From the NCBI RefSeq assembly GCF_009914755.1, contig NC_060926.1: 64,000 nucleotides of DNA; one strand, written 5' to 3'. The translations under genes and the position numbers were made by a program. Positions 1-15,985 of this stretch are shown in pieces (position 1 is the first letter of the stretch; each line of letters opens with the position of its first letter). The notes under the pieces are model-generated. The model did not search any database. It had not been told where the DNA came from and saw nothing but the letters and a program-made list of their open reading frames with translations. The stretch is from the human T2T-CHM13v2.0 reference genome, Homo sapiens.

Positions 1-133
1 TTTCTGCCACCATGAACGCTATTCCAGTTTTGGACTATTTTTTATCATTTGAAAGTGAGAAGTAAATGTCTATTACATTTAAGTGACTGTCACTGTTTTC
101 TGTTATTCACAGCTGAACCTCATCTGAACCCAT
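1..133 (+). mobile_element. 3' end of an old MaLR LTR (MLT1H/J/K-like)
   Basis: Resembles the old MLT1 3' terminus (tttaagtgactg...ttctgttattcacagctgaacct); recalled consensus only. Confidence 0.45.
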
Positions 134-224
134 AGTTTGAGTCAGCTTTTGTTTTCTTTGCTTGTTTATTTTTAAACAGAAAGGGTCCTGTCTGACATAG
201 TCTCCCACCCCCATGGTAGGATTA

Positions 225-609
225 TGTCATGGGTTGAACTATATTACCCCCCAATTTCATATGAAGTTCTAATCCCTAGTCCCCAAATGTGACTGTATTT
301 GGAGACAGGGTATTTAAAGAGGTAATTATATTAAAATTAGGTCTTTAGTGTGGGCCCTAATCCAATATAGACTGGGATCCTTGTAAGAAGAAGAAAGTTG
401 GACACAGATATGTGTGCTAAACAGAGGAAAGGGAAGAGTGAGAAGGTGGCCATATGCAAGCCAAGGAGACAGGCCTCGGGATAAAACCAGATCTACCAAA
501 AGCTTCATCTTGGACTTTTGGCCTCTACAACTATGAAGAAATAAATTTATGTTGTTTAAAGCCATGCAGTCTGTAGGACTTTGTTATGGCAGTCCTAGCA
601 GACTACTAC
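225..609 (+). mobile_element. MaLR solo LTR, MLT1B-like
   Basis: Starts TGTCATGGGTTGAA; contains gtgactgtatttggagacaggg and gggccctaatccaata; ends ctttgttatggcagtcctagcagactac; ~385 bp. Confidence 0.85.
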
Positions 610-2302
610 GGAGTAAATGAAATAATCATGTATAGTAGGCATCTAGCTCAGTGTTTGTAGCTAAGAACCCTCAGCAAATGTGACTTCCTGTTCCCCATGC
701 ACTAACTCATACTGTCAGGAAACTCTCTATGGGACAATGTGCTCCATTTTCCTAACTAGATCCTTGAAGGCTCCGAAGCACCTGAGTCAGGACTATTATG
801 CACATTAGAATGCTCAATAGATGCTTATTGATTAATTAGGACTCCCTAGGCCATGCTAGGCAGGCAGAGATGGATTAAGCTGTTTGATAAAGTCTACCCT
901 AATGCACCGTACTTCTCTGGCAGCCTTTTTCTTTAAAGGGAGAAAAGAAGGAGAAGGCAGCTTTTACAGTTGGTTGAAATATCCTGGAAGAAACTGTCAG
1001 GGGAAATAGTCATGGAGATGAAGTTGACAGAGTGATGGCCAGGCAGCCCTTTACGATTAGTTGCAAGCTACCAGTTATGTCTGTTTTAATCTGGAGGATG
1101 CTTCAGTAATGAAGCGAGTGCGTGAATCTCAATAATGCAAAGTTAATGTTGTTAGCATTGGCCACCATCATTGCTTCACTTTTGTCCAACAGGGATTTTT
1201 TTTTATTATTATTATCCTCCTTCAGAGCTGTAATAGGATGGAAATATTCTCACTCACTGTTATTTTTGAGAACAGTAAGTGAATGTTAGCCCTTCTGCCC
1301 CTTAAATCCATAGCAACAAACCTATTCCTTTTAAAACCTAATTTCAAAACGGTGGCTAGACCTAGAAATCTATCCTTTTAAGCTCACATGTGGTATGGCA
1401 GAGGTTATATCTTCACTCCTGTAATTTTCCTCTGGGGAACGACTAGACTTTCGCTAACAAAAGTATTGGTTAAATTTCACCCACTGGGAAAAAGAAAACT
1501 GACAAAAATGTGTCACATTACCTGGGTGTAGGGCTACAGAAGATTTTTTTTTCTTCTGTAGTTGGTAAAGATGTAATGATGTTATTTGATCCTGTGCCCT
1601 TCTCTGGGTAAAGTGGCAAATAATGTATTTACCTGGATAATTAAGCAAATGTGAAAAACAGAAGGAAAACCAAACAAACAAAATACATATTTTGTCTGGG
1701 CTCTCTGAAGTTTTTCCTGAGATAAGATGAGGGAGGAAAGGTGAGATGAAATTATTCAGATAATTGTCTCACTTCTCTAGCTCACTTTCTGCAGGGAGAT
1801 GGTCTCATCCTTGGAGGTCTAGCCTTTCTCTGGTGTTGGCTCTTTTTAAGCCGTTATCAGGATAAGCTATTTGAGAGTATCCCCTGTAAAACCATGCAAT
1901 TTTCTTCGAAGGGTTGCCACAGAAGTTCCATTAGACAGCTAACTCCTAGTAAGTACATTAGAGGAATAATCTTGTCTCATCGGGGCTACTGGCTGAACTG
2001 ATACTTCTCATTTTAAAAATTTCCTTGTATCTGATTCTGTCAAAAGAAACATTCTTTTAAGAAATATGCTGATTACCAAGCATTCTATTAAATGCTTTAT
2101 GGCTGAATTTTTTTCCTTACCAATTAGCATCGGATAGCATCAGCTTATAAATGCCCTATTTCAAAAGAAAGTTTTGGAAAAATTCACCATTATTTCTACA
2201 TTTCAACCTTGAATGATATGAGGAGAATCTTATTGTTAACTGTTAGTTTTTGGATGTTTAGCCTCTTTATTTGTCTATAGTTTGCAAAAAGAGTCTGTAG
2301 AC

Positions 2303-2304
<2 letters not shown>

Positions 2305-2345
<41 letters not shown>
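2305..2345. repeat. (GT)~20 microsatellite
   Basis: Uninterrupted GT run. Confidence 0.98.
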
Positions 2346-2348
<3 letters not shown>

Positions 2349-3515
2349 AGAAGAGTCTATTTTTGATTCTTAGAGATACCTGGAAGGACTATTAGTTTAC
2401 CTATGGTCAGCAAACCCTGATGGTCTGAGACAGGGAGAGAGTCCTGTCCTGCCCTGGATACACAGGGCATCCTTGGAGCTGTTGGGCAGGTCTGCTGCTG
2501 TTACCCCCTTCAATAAGAGTTCCCCTCTCGCCCCAGCATCATCTGGTGGCTGATAGACTGGGCTCTGTGGGTGGGAGAGGGGTTAGTATGGAGGCAGCAA
2601 CCAAGGGCACGTGATAGGGGCCTCTTCCAAGAGGGGTGATGGGCACATACTCAGCAGGTGTTACATAAATGGGCCAAAGATGGTCTCTGGATATTGGCCC
2701 CTGGGTTGTTTATTTCTTCACTTCCGGCTGAGACTTCTTAGATCAAAAGCCTATTGGTGCCAAACTCAGTTTTTCACACATCCAATTATTTTAAAAATAG
2801 CCCAAACAAGCAGATTTTTAGCCACTTAGGGCCTGCTTGCTTTGCATATCCTGCAAAACCTCACCTCCCACCTGCTGGCCTTTGAAAGGCAGGGCCTTAT
2901 GCTTACAGGATCCAAGCAGCTCCCATCCTTCCACGTTCTCTGACCTAGACACACTCCACCATCCTGCTGAGGAACATCTCCTGGACGCAACCCTCCTCTT
3001 TGCTCCCCCTTCTGGTCCCCCTCTCTCCCAAGAGTTCCCTGGTTCTCTTCCTCTTCAGAGCAGTAGTTCCTTCTGGACAGTCCCATGATATGAAGGGCTT
3101 CTCCTCTAACGCAACCTTGTCCAAATGTCTCCCAGTAAAACTCACTGGGGGTTATTTTTCTCTTTATTAGCCCTCAAATTCTTTGAACTCTCACAGTATA
3201 TTATGATCAAGGCCCTGTTACTCTTGGCCATCAGCTCCATACCCTGTCTCTGAACTGAAGGGCTATACATAGATTTGACTGCACTGTTTCTTTTCTTTTG
3301 TGTGTGTGTCTGTGTGTGTATACCTCTTCTAATTGGGACAATGCTCAGTCTTCCAAATCCTGTCTATTCTGAAACACCCACAGAAATAAATTATCTTACC
3401 TACTAAGAGGCAATCATTGACTGGTAATGTTTTTGCTGCTTAAGTATAATGGAAAGTACATAGATGTCATTTTATTATTGTTCTATAAACTGCAGTGTAT
3501 ATTTTAGCCTTTGTG

Positions 3516-3518
<3 letters not shown>

Positions 3519-3546
<28 letters not shown>

Positions 3547-3564
3547 TATATATATATATATATA
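3519..3564. repeat. Compound (CA)14(TA)9 microsatellite
   Basis: Directly visible. Confidence 0.95.
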
Positions 3565-4000
3565 AAATGAAATATAAAAAAAGAGTCAACCTTTTCTAAC
3601 ACAAGAGACAAGGGAAAGAGTGGAGTTTGTGGTGGAGAAAGAATGAGACATAGAAATAAAATTAGTATCCAATTATTTAAGGCTGCTTCATGTCATTTGC
3701 TAATCTTGTTTTTATAACTAGATTACAAACTTTGTGAGATCGTGGATAAATGTCTTATTCCTTTACCATCTGTGTCCTGCTGCAATATTGGATTAGTATT
3801 TGTTCTCAATAAATTTGTTGATGAAGGCAAAGATAGAGAAGAGGAAGTTGACTGGGGAAAAGAAGAGATGGAGGGAAATAAGAGGACAAGGGCTTAGTGA
3901 GGAAGAGAGAAATCTAGGAAAGGAAGCTTAGCCAAGTGACCTTAGGCAAAAGTCTTTGAGCTTCAAATTACTAACCTATACATGGGGATAAGATGGCAGG

Positions 4001-4859
4001 TGTGACTGGATAGGGATGTGGAGTGACTTTTAATGGGGCATAGGTACACTTGCGGGTTGCATCTTTTCCTATGCCAAAAAACCCATGAAGGTGGCCCTCA
4101 GAAGAGCAGGTGACCACCTGGGCTCTGGAATCACCTGGAAAGTCTCAGAGCGTTAGTTAGGAAGAAGGTGCCAGGGGACCAGTTTAGAAGAGTAGTCCCT
4201 TTGTTTGGGGGAGATGTTATCTAGTTAGGCTCTTTGTATTTTTAGGGCTCAGAAGGGAAAGTCTGGGCAATAGATCCTAGGGGAGGAAAGGAGCCCCCGG
4301 ACTCTGTGTTGGTAGATCCTGGTTCCTCCTTCACTGAGCTCTCTAAGCTCATGTGGCAGCTGGATGTGGTCACTACACGTGGTTTACAGCTGGATGGAAA
4401 CCAAAGCACTTAGAGCTAGATTTGGGGGGCCCAGTTAGGAGGCTCCCTCAGAGGAGCTGAGTACTGAGGGAATGGCTGATGTTCCTAGAAAGAGGTGTAA
4501 CCACCGGCCCCGGAGAAAAGGTCACAGCCGGTGTGGATTATCAAAGGGTGAGAGGAGTCTTAAAAGGGAGACATTAGACTCCCTGCTAATAAGGCCTGTG
4601 GAGATTTGGATGATTGATTAGAAGAAGAAGAGACAATGGGATTCACACTTACATTTACAAAGCAGTTCTGACCAGTTATACTATGATTAAACATGCTGCC
4701 TGCCTCCCCATGCATGAGGAGCCGAATATGTATTCCAAGGCAAGACAAGGACAATTATAAAAAGATTTAGGAAGATGCCAAGGTTATGGATTGGAAACCT
4801 CTGTTGTTCTAAATCGTGTGGCATCACTTGGGCTTTCTCCCTGGTGCAATTACGTTACA
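4001..4859 (+). mobile_element. Possible ancient LTR (MamGypLTR/LTR8x-like)
   Basis: ~860 bp segment bounded by TG...gttaCA, purine-rich and more GC-rich than its flanks; family not firmly recognised. Confidence 0.3.
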
Positions 4860-5169
4860 GAAAATCACTTTCATGCTGGTGTCCACAGCATGTGGGCAAA
4901 ATCAGGGAGTTTAAAAGGCCTTCACGGTTAAGAATCTTGGATTGAACACCACATAACTGGTTTCAAAAAGTCTGAAAACAATGGATACTTGAAAATTTAT
5001 AACTTACCTAGAGGATCACTTGATTTTTTATTGAAGTAATTAAAAATAAAACAACTTCTTCTTGATTCAATTTGTTATTCTTCACCCTCATCTGCCATTG
5101 CCAAAAGTTATCCATTTCATTGAAATTTACTAATATGTTTACATACCGGGTACGTTTTTTACTTATAAT

Positions 5170-6160
5170 TTAAAAATCTTCTCCGTATTCCACTATCATC
5201 TTTCATTTCTAAATGCATTTACTTATGATTTTGCTTTTTATGTTTATTGATTAGCTTATTCAGAGATTTATCTATTTTACTGAATTTTCAAGGAACCAAT
5301 TCTTGGTATCATTTATCAACTTTGCTTTTCTATTTTTAATTCATTTATGTATTTATTTATCTTTATTATCTTCTTCCCCTGCTTGAGTTCCATTTTGCCA
5401 TTTCTTTAGTTTCTTGAGTTGAAAACTTTATTATCTTACCTTCTATTAAAATAGTAGCAAATATATGTGGTTATATATTATATGAAAGCACAGTTTTAAC
5501 CATATCCTATAAATATGTGTGTGTGTATATATATATGTGTGTATGAAGAAAAATAAATTTAAAAACAAAAATATTATACAATATTGCAGAAATCTGCTGG
5601 TGAGGCCTCAGGAAGCTCAGGGAGCTTCCATTCATGGCAGAAGGTGAGGTGGGAACAGGCATATCACATGGCAAGAGAGGCAGCAAGAGTGATGCCAGGC
5701 TCTTTTAAACAACCAGCTCTTGTGTGAACTCAGAGTGAGAACTCACTCATTACCACGGGGAGGGCACCAAGCCATTCATGAAGGATCTGTCCCCATGACC
5801 CAAACACCTCCCACCAGGCTCCACCTCCAACACTGGGAATTGCATTTCAACATGATATTTGGAAGGGACAAATATGCAAACATATCACATTTGTTATTAA
5901 TTTCCAGTTTTATTGTGTTGCATTCAGAGAATGTGGCCTGATCACGTCTAATTTTTAGAATGCATTGAGGATTTTTAGTACAATACTTAAAAGCAGAGCA
6001 GGTGTTTCTCCGTAAGTGAGGGAGAACACACCCATACCCACTCACCCACCCACCCACACACATGCCAGTGTAACCTTATAGATTCAAAAGCATCATTTTT
6101 TCTCTTGTTTTCTGATTACTTGACCTGTCATAGATTGATAATGATATAATAAAGTCTTTA
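5170..6160 (-). mobile_element. Old L1M ORF2 fragments (interrupted by the MST LTR)
   Basis: gatttatctattttactgaattttcaaggaaccaattcttgg and tttccagttttattgtgttgcattcagagaatgtgg resemble antisense L1 ORF2. Confidence 0.6.
5592..5888 (-). mobile_element. MSTB-like MaLR LTR (partial)
   Basis: gccaggctcttttaaacaaccagctct...gagaactcactcattacc...ccaagccattcatga...caaacatatca. Confidence 0.85.
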
Positions 6161-6239
6161 TTTGTAAATGACTGCCAAAGGCAGTGTGATGAATTAGAAA
6201 AAGCTGTTTTCAGATCTCAGCTCCATCTCTTAGTAGCAA

Positions 6240-6350
6240 AGGATTTCCCAAAAGCAGTACCTGAGACAAGGATTTGAGTGCAAGTCAATTATTTGATAGG
6301 CGACAGGAACACTGGTAAGGAAGTTAAGAAATGAATCAGAGAAGAGGAGG
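6240..6350 (-). mobile_element. ERVL LTR fragment (LTR33/LTR16-like)
   Basis: aagcagtacctgagacaaggatttgagtgcaagt motif. Confidence 0.45.
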
Positions 6351-6415
6351 CGGCACTATTTCAGTAAAATGGGTATCTGTGTTGCTTGATATTTATTCTT
6401 TGAAATTTGAGGTTT

Positions 6416-7321
6416 GGGGGAGGAGCCAAGATGGCCGAATAGGAACAGCTCCGGTCTACAGCTCCCAGCGTGAGCGACGCAGAAGACGGGTGATTTCTGC
6501 ATTTCCATCTGAGGTACCGGGTTCATCTCACTAGGGAGTGCCAGACAGTGGGCGCAGGCCAGTGGGTGCGCGCACCGTGCGCGAGCCGAAGCAGGGCGAG
6601 GCATTGCCTCACCTGGGAAGCGCAAGGGGTCAGGGAGTTCCCTTTCCAAGTCAAAGAAAGGGGTGACGGACGCACCTGGAAAATCGGGTCACTCCCACCT
6701 GAATATTGCGCTTTTCAGACCGGCTTAAAAAACGGCGCACCAGGAGACTATATCCCACACCTGGCTCCGAGGGTCCTACGCCCACGGAGTCTCGCTGATG
6801 GCTAGCACAGCAGTCTGAGATCAAACTGCAAGGCGGCAGCGAGGCTGGGGGAGGGGCGCCCGCCATTGCCCAGGCTTGCTTAGGTAAACAAAGCAGCCGG
6901 GAAGCTCCAACTGGGTGGAGCCCACCACAGCTCAAGGAGGCCTGCCTGCCTCTGTAGGCTCCACCTCTGGGGGCAGGGCACAGACAAACAAAAAGACAGC
7001 AGTAACCTCTGCACACTTAAATGTCCCTGTCTGACAGCTTTGAAGAGAGCAGTGGTTCTCCCAGCACGCAGCTGGAGATCTGAGAACGGGCAGACTGCCT
7101 CCTCAAGTGGGTCCCTGACCCCTGACCCCCGAGCAGCCTAACTGGGAGGCACCCCCCAGCAGGGGCACACTGACACCTCACACGGCAGGGTATTCCAACA
7201 GACCTGCAGCTGAGGGTCCTGTCTGTTAGAAGGAAAACTAACAAACAGAAAGGACATCCACACCGAAAACCCATCTGTACATCACCATCATCAAAGACCA
7301 AAAGTAGATAAAACCACAAAG
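6416..7321. promoter_or_regulatory. L1 5'UTR internal sense and antisense promoter; YY1 site CAAGATGGCC at 6427-6436
   Basis: Canonical L1 5'UTR; the only clearly CpG-dense stretch in the window. Confidence 0.9.
6651..6866 (-). CDS. ORF0: L1 antisense ORF0 (71 aa, MAGAPPPASLPPCSLISDCC...RCVRHPFL)
   Basis: C-terminal 71 aa of the ORF-track entry 6651..7016(-); ATG at 6866-6864; matches the primate L1 ORF0 peptide as recalled. Confidence 0.85.
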   Translation of the reverse strand: MAGAPPPASLPPCSLISDCCASHQRDSVGVGPSEPGVGYSLLVRRFLSRSEKRNIQVGVTRFSRCVRHPFL

Positions 7322-8338
7322 ATGGGGAAAAAACAGAACAGAAAAACTGGAAACTCTAAAACGCAGAGCGCCTCTCCTCCTCCAAAGGAACGCAGTTCCT
7401 CACCAGCAACAGAACAAAGCTGGATGGAGAATGATTTTGACGAGCTGAGAGAGGAAGGCTTCAGACGATCAAATTACTCTGAGCTACGGGAGGACATTCA
7501 AACCAAAGGCAAAGAAGTTGAAAACTTTGAAAAAAATTTAGAAGAATGTATAACTAGAATAACCAATACAGAGAAGTGCTTAAAGGAGCTGATGGAGCTG
7601 AAAACCAAGGCTCGAGAACTACGTGAAGAATGCAGAAGCCTCAGGAGCCGATGCGATCAACTGGAAGAAAGGGTATCAGCAATGGAAGATGAAATGAATG
7701 AAATGAAGCGAGAAGGGAAGTTTAGAGAAAAAAGAATAAAAAGAAATGAGCAAAGCCTCCAAGAAATATGGGACTATGTGAAAAGACCAAATCTACGTCT
7801 GATTGGTGTACCTGAAAGTGATGCGGAGAATGGAACCAAGTTGGAAAACACTCTGCAGGATATTATCCAGGAGAGCTTCCCCAATCTAGCAAGGCAGGCC
7901 AACGTTCAGATTCAGGAAATACAGAGAACGTCGCAAAGATACTCCTCAAGAAGAGCAACTCCAAGACACATAATTGTCAGATTCACCAAAGTTGAAATGA
8001 AGGAAAAAATGTTAAGGGCAGCCAGAGAGAAAGGTCGGGTTACCCTCAAAGGGAAGCCCATCAGACTAACAGCGGATCTCTCGGCAGAAACCCTACAAGC
8101 CAGAAGAGAGTGGGGGCCAATATTCAACATTCTTAAAGAAAAGAATTTTCAACCCAGAATTTCATATCCAGCCAAACTAAGCTTCATAAGTGAAGGAGAA
8201 ATAAAATACTTTACAGACAAGCAAATGCTGAGAGATTTTGTCACCACCAGGCCTGCCCTAAAAGAGCTCCTGAAGGAAGCGCTAAACATGGAAAGGAACA
8301 ACCAGTACCAGCAGCTGCAAAATCATGCCAAAATGTAA
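7322..8338 (+). CDS. L1 ORF1: L1 ORF1p, RNA-binding / nucleic acid chaperone, 338 aa, open
   Basis: MGKKQNRKTGNSK...; coiled coil; REKG, ARR and YPAKLS motifs intact. Confidence 0.97.
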   Translation: MGKKQNRKTGNSKTQSASPPPKERSSSPATEQSWMENDFDELREEGFRRSNYSELREDIQTKGKEVENFEKNLEECITRITNTEKCLKELMELKTKARELREECRSLRSRCDQLEERVSAMEDEMNEMKREGKFREKRIKRNEQSLQEIWDYVKRPNLRLIGVPESDAENGTKLENTLQDIIQESFPNLARQANVQIQEIQRTSQRYSSRRATPRHIIVRFTKVEMKEKMLRAAREKGRVTLKGKPIRLTADLSAETLQARREWGPIFNILKEKNFQPRISYPAKLSFISEGEIKYFTDKQMLRDFVTTRPALKELLKEALNMERNNQYQQLQNHAKM

Positions 8339-8401
8339 AGACCATCGAGACTAGGAAGAAACTGCATCAACTAACGAGCAAAATCACCAGCTAACGTCAT
8401 A

Positions 8402-12223
<3,822 letters not shown>

Positions 12224-12429
12224 ACAATGAGATCACATGGACACAGGAAGGGGAATATCACACTCTGGGGACTGTTGTGGGGAGGGGGGAGGGGGGAGGG
12301 TTAGCATTGGGAGATATACCTAATGCTAGATGACGAGTTAGTGGGTGCAGCGCACCAGCATGGCACATGTATACACATGTAACTAACCTGCACAATGTGC
12401 ACATGTACCCTAAAACTTAAAGTATAATT

Positions 12430-12471
12430 AAAAAAAAATAATAATAGTAATAATAATAATAATAATAAAAA
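12430..12471 (+). repeat. L1 poly(A) tail converted to A-run plus (TAA)n
   Basis: aaaaaaaaataataatagtaataataataataataataaaaa. Confidence 0.9.
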
Positions 12472-12485
12472 GAAATTTGAGGTTT

Positions 12486-15400
12486 AATTTATTTGCTGTG
12501 AAAACCATAGATCTTAGTTGTACAGTTTGATGAATTTTTTAAATATAAACATCCATGTAACTTATACCCCTATTAAGGTATAGAACATTTCTATCACCCC
12601 AGAAAACTCCTTCCCAGTCAATTCTGTCATCCTCTAGAGGTGATCATTATCCTGACTTCAATCCCATAATTTGGTTTCACGCACTCTACAACTGTACATA
12701 AATGGAATCCTATAGTGTGCATTCTTTTGTATCCAGCTTCGCTTCTTTCACTCGGCATGTCAGTGAGATTCATTATGTCTTTGCATATTTCAGTGGCTAC
12801 TTTTTATTGCTGAGTAGTATTCCATTGTATTAATATATTATAATTTATTTTTCTATTGTTTTGTTGATAACCATTTGCACTGTTTTCTGAAGAATATGAA
12901 TAAAGCTGCTGTGAACATTCTTGTACCCTTTTTTTTGGGGGGGGGAGGGAATTTGTCTTTATTTATTTTGAGGAATGTTGTGGTTTGAATGTATTCTCTC
13001 CAAACTTTAGGTGTTGCCAATGTGATAGTATTAAGAGATAGGGCTTTACAGAGGTTATTAGATCACAAGGTCTCGTCCCTGTTGCATGGGATTAAATAGA
13101 AGAAGCTTCACGCAGTCTTTGGCTCACTTGCCCTTTCACCTTCTGCCAGGTGAGGACACAGCATTCCTCCTTCTGCAGGATGCCGCCCTTGCCAGACAGC
13201 TGCACCTGCTGGTGCTTTGATCTTAGACTTCTCAGCCTCCAACACTGCAAGAAAGAAATTTCTATTCTTTATAAATTAACCAGGCTCAGATATTCTGTTG
13301 TAGCGGCAACAAAATGAATGAGGACAGAAATCAGTACCAAATAAGTGGGGGTGTTGCTACAACAAAAACCTAAAATTATGAAAGTGGCTTTGGAACTGGG
13401 TAGTGGGTAGAGGCTGAGACTGTTTTCAAGTGAATGCTGGAAAAAGCCTGTACGGTTGTGAACAGAGCATTAACGGCAATTCTAGTGAGGGCTTGAAGAG
13501 AGGTGAAGGCTCTGTCTTCTTAGTGATCACCTAAATGGTTGTGACCAGAATGCTCATAGAAACATGGGCAGTAACGACTATCCTGATGAAGCCTCAGATG
13601 GAAGTGAGGAACAAGTTATTGGAAACTGGAGGAAAGGCCACCCTTGTTATGATGGCAGAGAACTTGGCTGAAGTATGTCCAAATCCTAGGACTTTTAAAA
13701 AAGCAATGAACTAGGATATTTGGATATAAGCAGTGAACTAGGATATTTGGCAGAAGAAATCTCTAAGCAGCAAAGTGTTCAGGATGCTGCATAGCTTCTA
13801 TTAACTACTTACAGCAAGATGTGAGAAAACAGAAATGACTTAAAGGCAGAATTGATAATCAAAAGGGAAGTAGAACACAAAATTTGAAAAATTCTCAGCC
13901 TGGCCATGTAAAGAGTAAAAAAGGCATGTTTAGGAGAGAAAACCAGTGGTATGACCAGGTGACCATTTGATAAGGGGATTAGTATGGATAGAAGGAAGCC
14001 AGATACTCTTCATCAGGACAATGACCCCAAAGCTTTTCAGAGAACTTCGAGGCTGTCCTGCCCATCACAGGCTCAGAGTGCCAGGGCCTTGAGGGCATAA
14101 TGGTTTCAAGAGAGGAGTACAGGGCACCCGTGGAACCTTGGATCTTGTTGCTTGGCCACCTTATGTCTCTGCTCCCTGCATTCCAGTGCAATGCTCTGTG
14201 GCTGCCCCAGCTGTGGCTCAGGCACACCAAGACGCAGCTCAAGCCACTTCAGAGGGCACAAGCAATGAGCCTTGGTGGTGTCCCTATGGTGCTAATTCTG
14301 CAGGTACACAGAGTGCAAGAACTGTGGAGGTATGGCTTCCCCCACTTACATTTCAAAGGATGCCTCATAGAGCTTTAGGACCTATGCAAAAACCTGGTGC
14401 AGGGGCAGAGTCACTATAGAGTCCTCACTAGGGCAATACCCAGTATAGCCAAGGGGCTGGTGCCACCATAGAGAGTATTTATTAGGGCAATCCCTAGTGG
14501 AGTTGTGGGAATGGGGCCACTCCTGAGATCCCAGACATGCAGAGCCACTGGTGTGTAACACCAGCCAGAGAGATCTGCAGGAACTGTACTACAGCCCGTA
14601 AGAGGTGAGGCATGAGCTGCTCCCAGCAAAGCCAGGGGGCAGGGTCCCCTGGAATCTTGGGGACCCAACCTCCACCCCAGTGTGTCTGGAAGGTGGGACT
14701 TGGAGTCAAAGATTATTCTCAAACTGTAAGATTTAATTTTGTTTGGCTTGTTGGGTTTTGGACTTAATTTGATACTGATTACCCCTTTCTTCTTGCCCAT
14801 TTCTCCCTTTTGGAACAGAGATGTCTGTCCTGTGCCTGTTCCACCATTGTATTTTGGAAGCACGTAATTTATTTGATTTCACAAGTTTGCAGCTGGAGGG
14901 CAATTTGCCTCAGGATGAAACACACCTTTGAATCTCACCCACATCTGATTTAGATGATATCTAGATGAGATGCTAAACTTTAGACGTTTGAGTTGATTCT
15001 GGCACAAGCTAAAACTTTTGGGGGGCTATTGGGATAAAATGCATGTAATTTGCCTGTGAGAATGACATGAATTTTGGAGGGCCAGGGGCAGAATGCTATG
15101 GTTTAAATATGTTCCCACTAAAATTCAGGTGTTGCCAATGTGATAGTGTTAACAGGTGGGGCCTTTAAAAGGTAATTAGGCCATGAAGCTTCCTTTATCA
15201 TGAATGGGATTAAGGTCCTTATCGAAGAGGCTTCATGCAGCATTTGGTTTGCTTGCCCTTCCTCTTTCTCCTAGGTGAAGACACCATGTTCCTCTACTGT
15301 TGTGGATGCAGCCCTCACCAGACGACCGAACCTGCCAGTGCCTTGTTCTTGGACTTCCTAGCCTTCAGAACTGTGAGTAGTCTATTTCTGTTATTTGTAA

Positions 15401-15985
15401 ATTACCTAGTTCCAGGTGTTCTGTTATACCAGTGCAAAATGGATGAAGATGGGGAAATATCTAGGGATTAAATTGATGGGCCATAGGTAGATGTATGTTT
15501 AACTTCATAAGAAACTGTTAAATAGCTTTCAAAAATGGCTGTGCCATGTTATGCTCCTACGAACAGTGGATGAACATTCCAGATGCTATACTTTCTCACC
15601 TACTTTTGGTGGTGTTAGTGTTTTTAATTTCAGCTATTTGCATGGATGTGAAATAATATGTCATTGTGATTTTTAATGTGCATTTTCTTGTTGATTAATG
15701 GAGTTGAACGTGATTTCATGTGCTAATTGACCAGTTTTATGGTTTTCTTTTTGGAATGCTTAAGTTTTGGGTTGTATCTTTTTTATTATGTAGTTGTAGG
15801 AATTCATTATTCTGCATACAAATTTTTTTGTCAGATATATGTGTTGAGCATATTTTCTCCCAGTCTGTGCCTTGCCCATTTATTTTCTTGAAAGAATCTT
15901 TTAATGATCAGAAGGTTCTAATTTGGATGCAATCCAGTGTATCAATTTATCCTTTATGGTTCCTAGTTTCTTCCCCTTGCAGCAC
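12486..15985 (-). mobile_element. Old L1 (L1MB/ME-type) 3' region, interrupted by the MaLR provirus
   Basis: tgtacagtttgatgaatt...tagaacatttctatcacccc...tgctgagtagtattccattgt; resumes after 15451 with atatctagggattaaattgatgggccataggt. Confidence 0.8.
12976..15451 (+). mobile_element. Complete MaLR provirus (MLT1A/MST-type): LTR 12976-13326, internal 13327-15093, LTR 15094-15451
   Basis: Two homologous ~355-bp LTRs (ggtgttgccaatgtgatagt..); internal gtggctttggaactgggtagtgggtagaggctg; purine tract ggagggccaggggcagaa before the 3' LTR; 5-bp TSD AGGAA/GGGAA. Confidence 0.9.

Noticed and set aside
6331-7319. ORFs overlapping the L1 5'UTR other than ORF0
   Set aside because: Incidental frames in GC-rich UTR sequence
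13979-14863. ORFs in the MaLR internal region as a domesticated gag-like gene
   Set aside because: Fragmented across frames and strands; no long intact ORF
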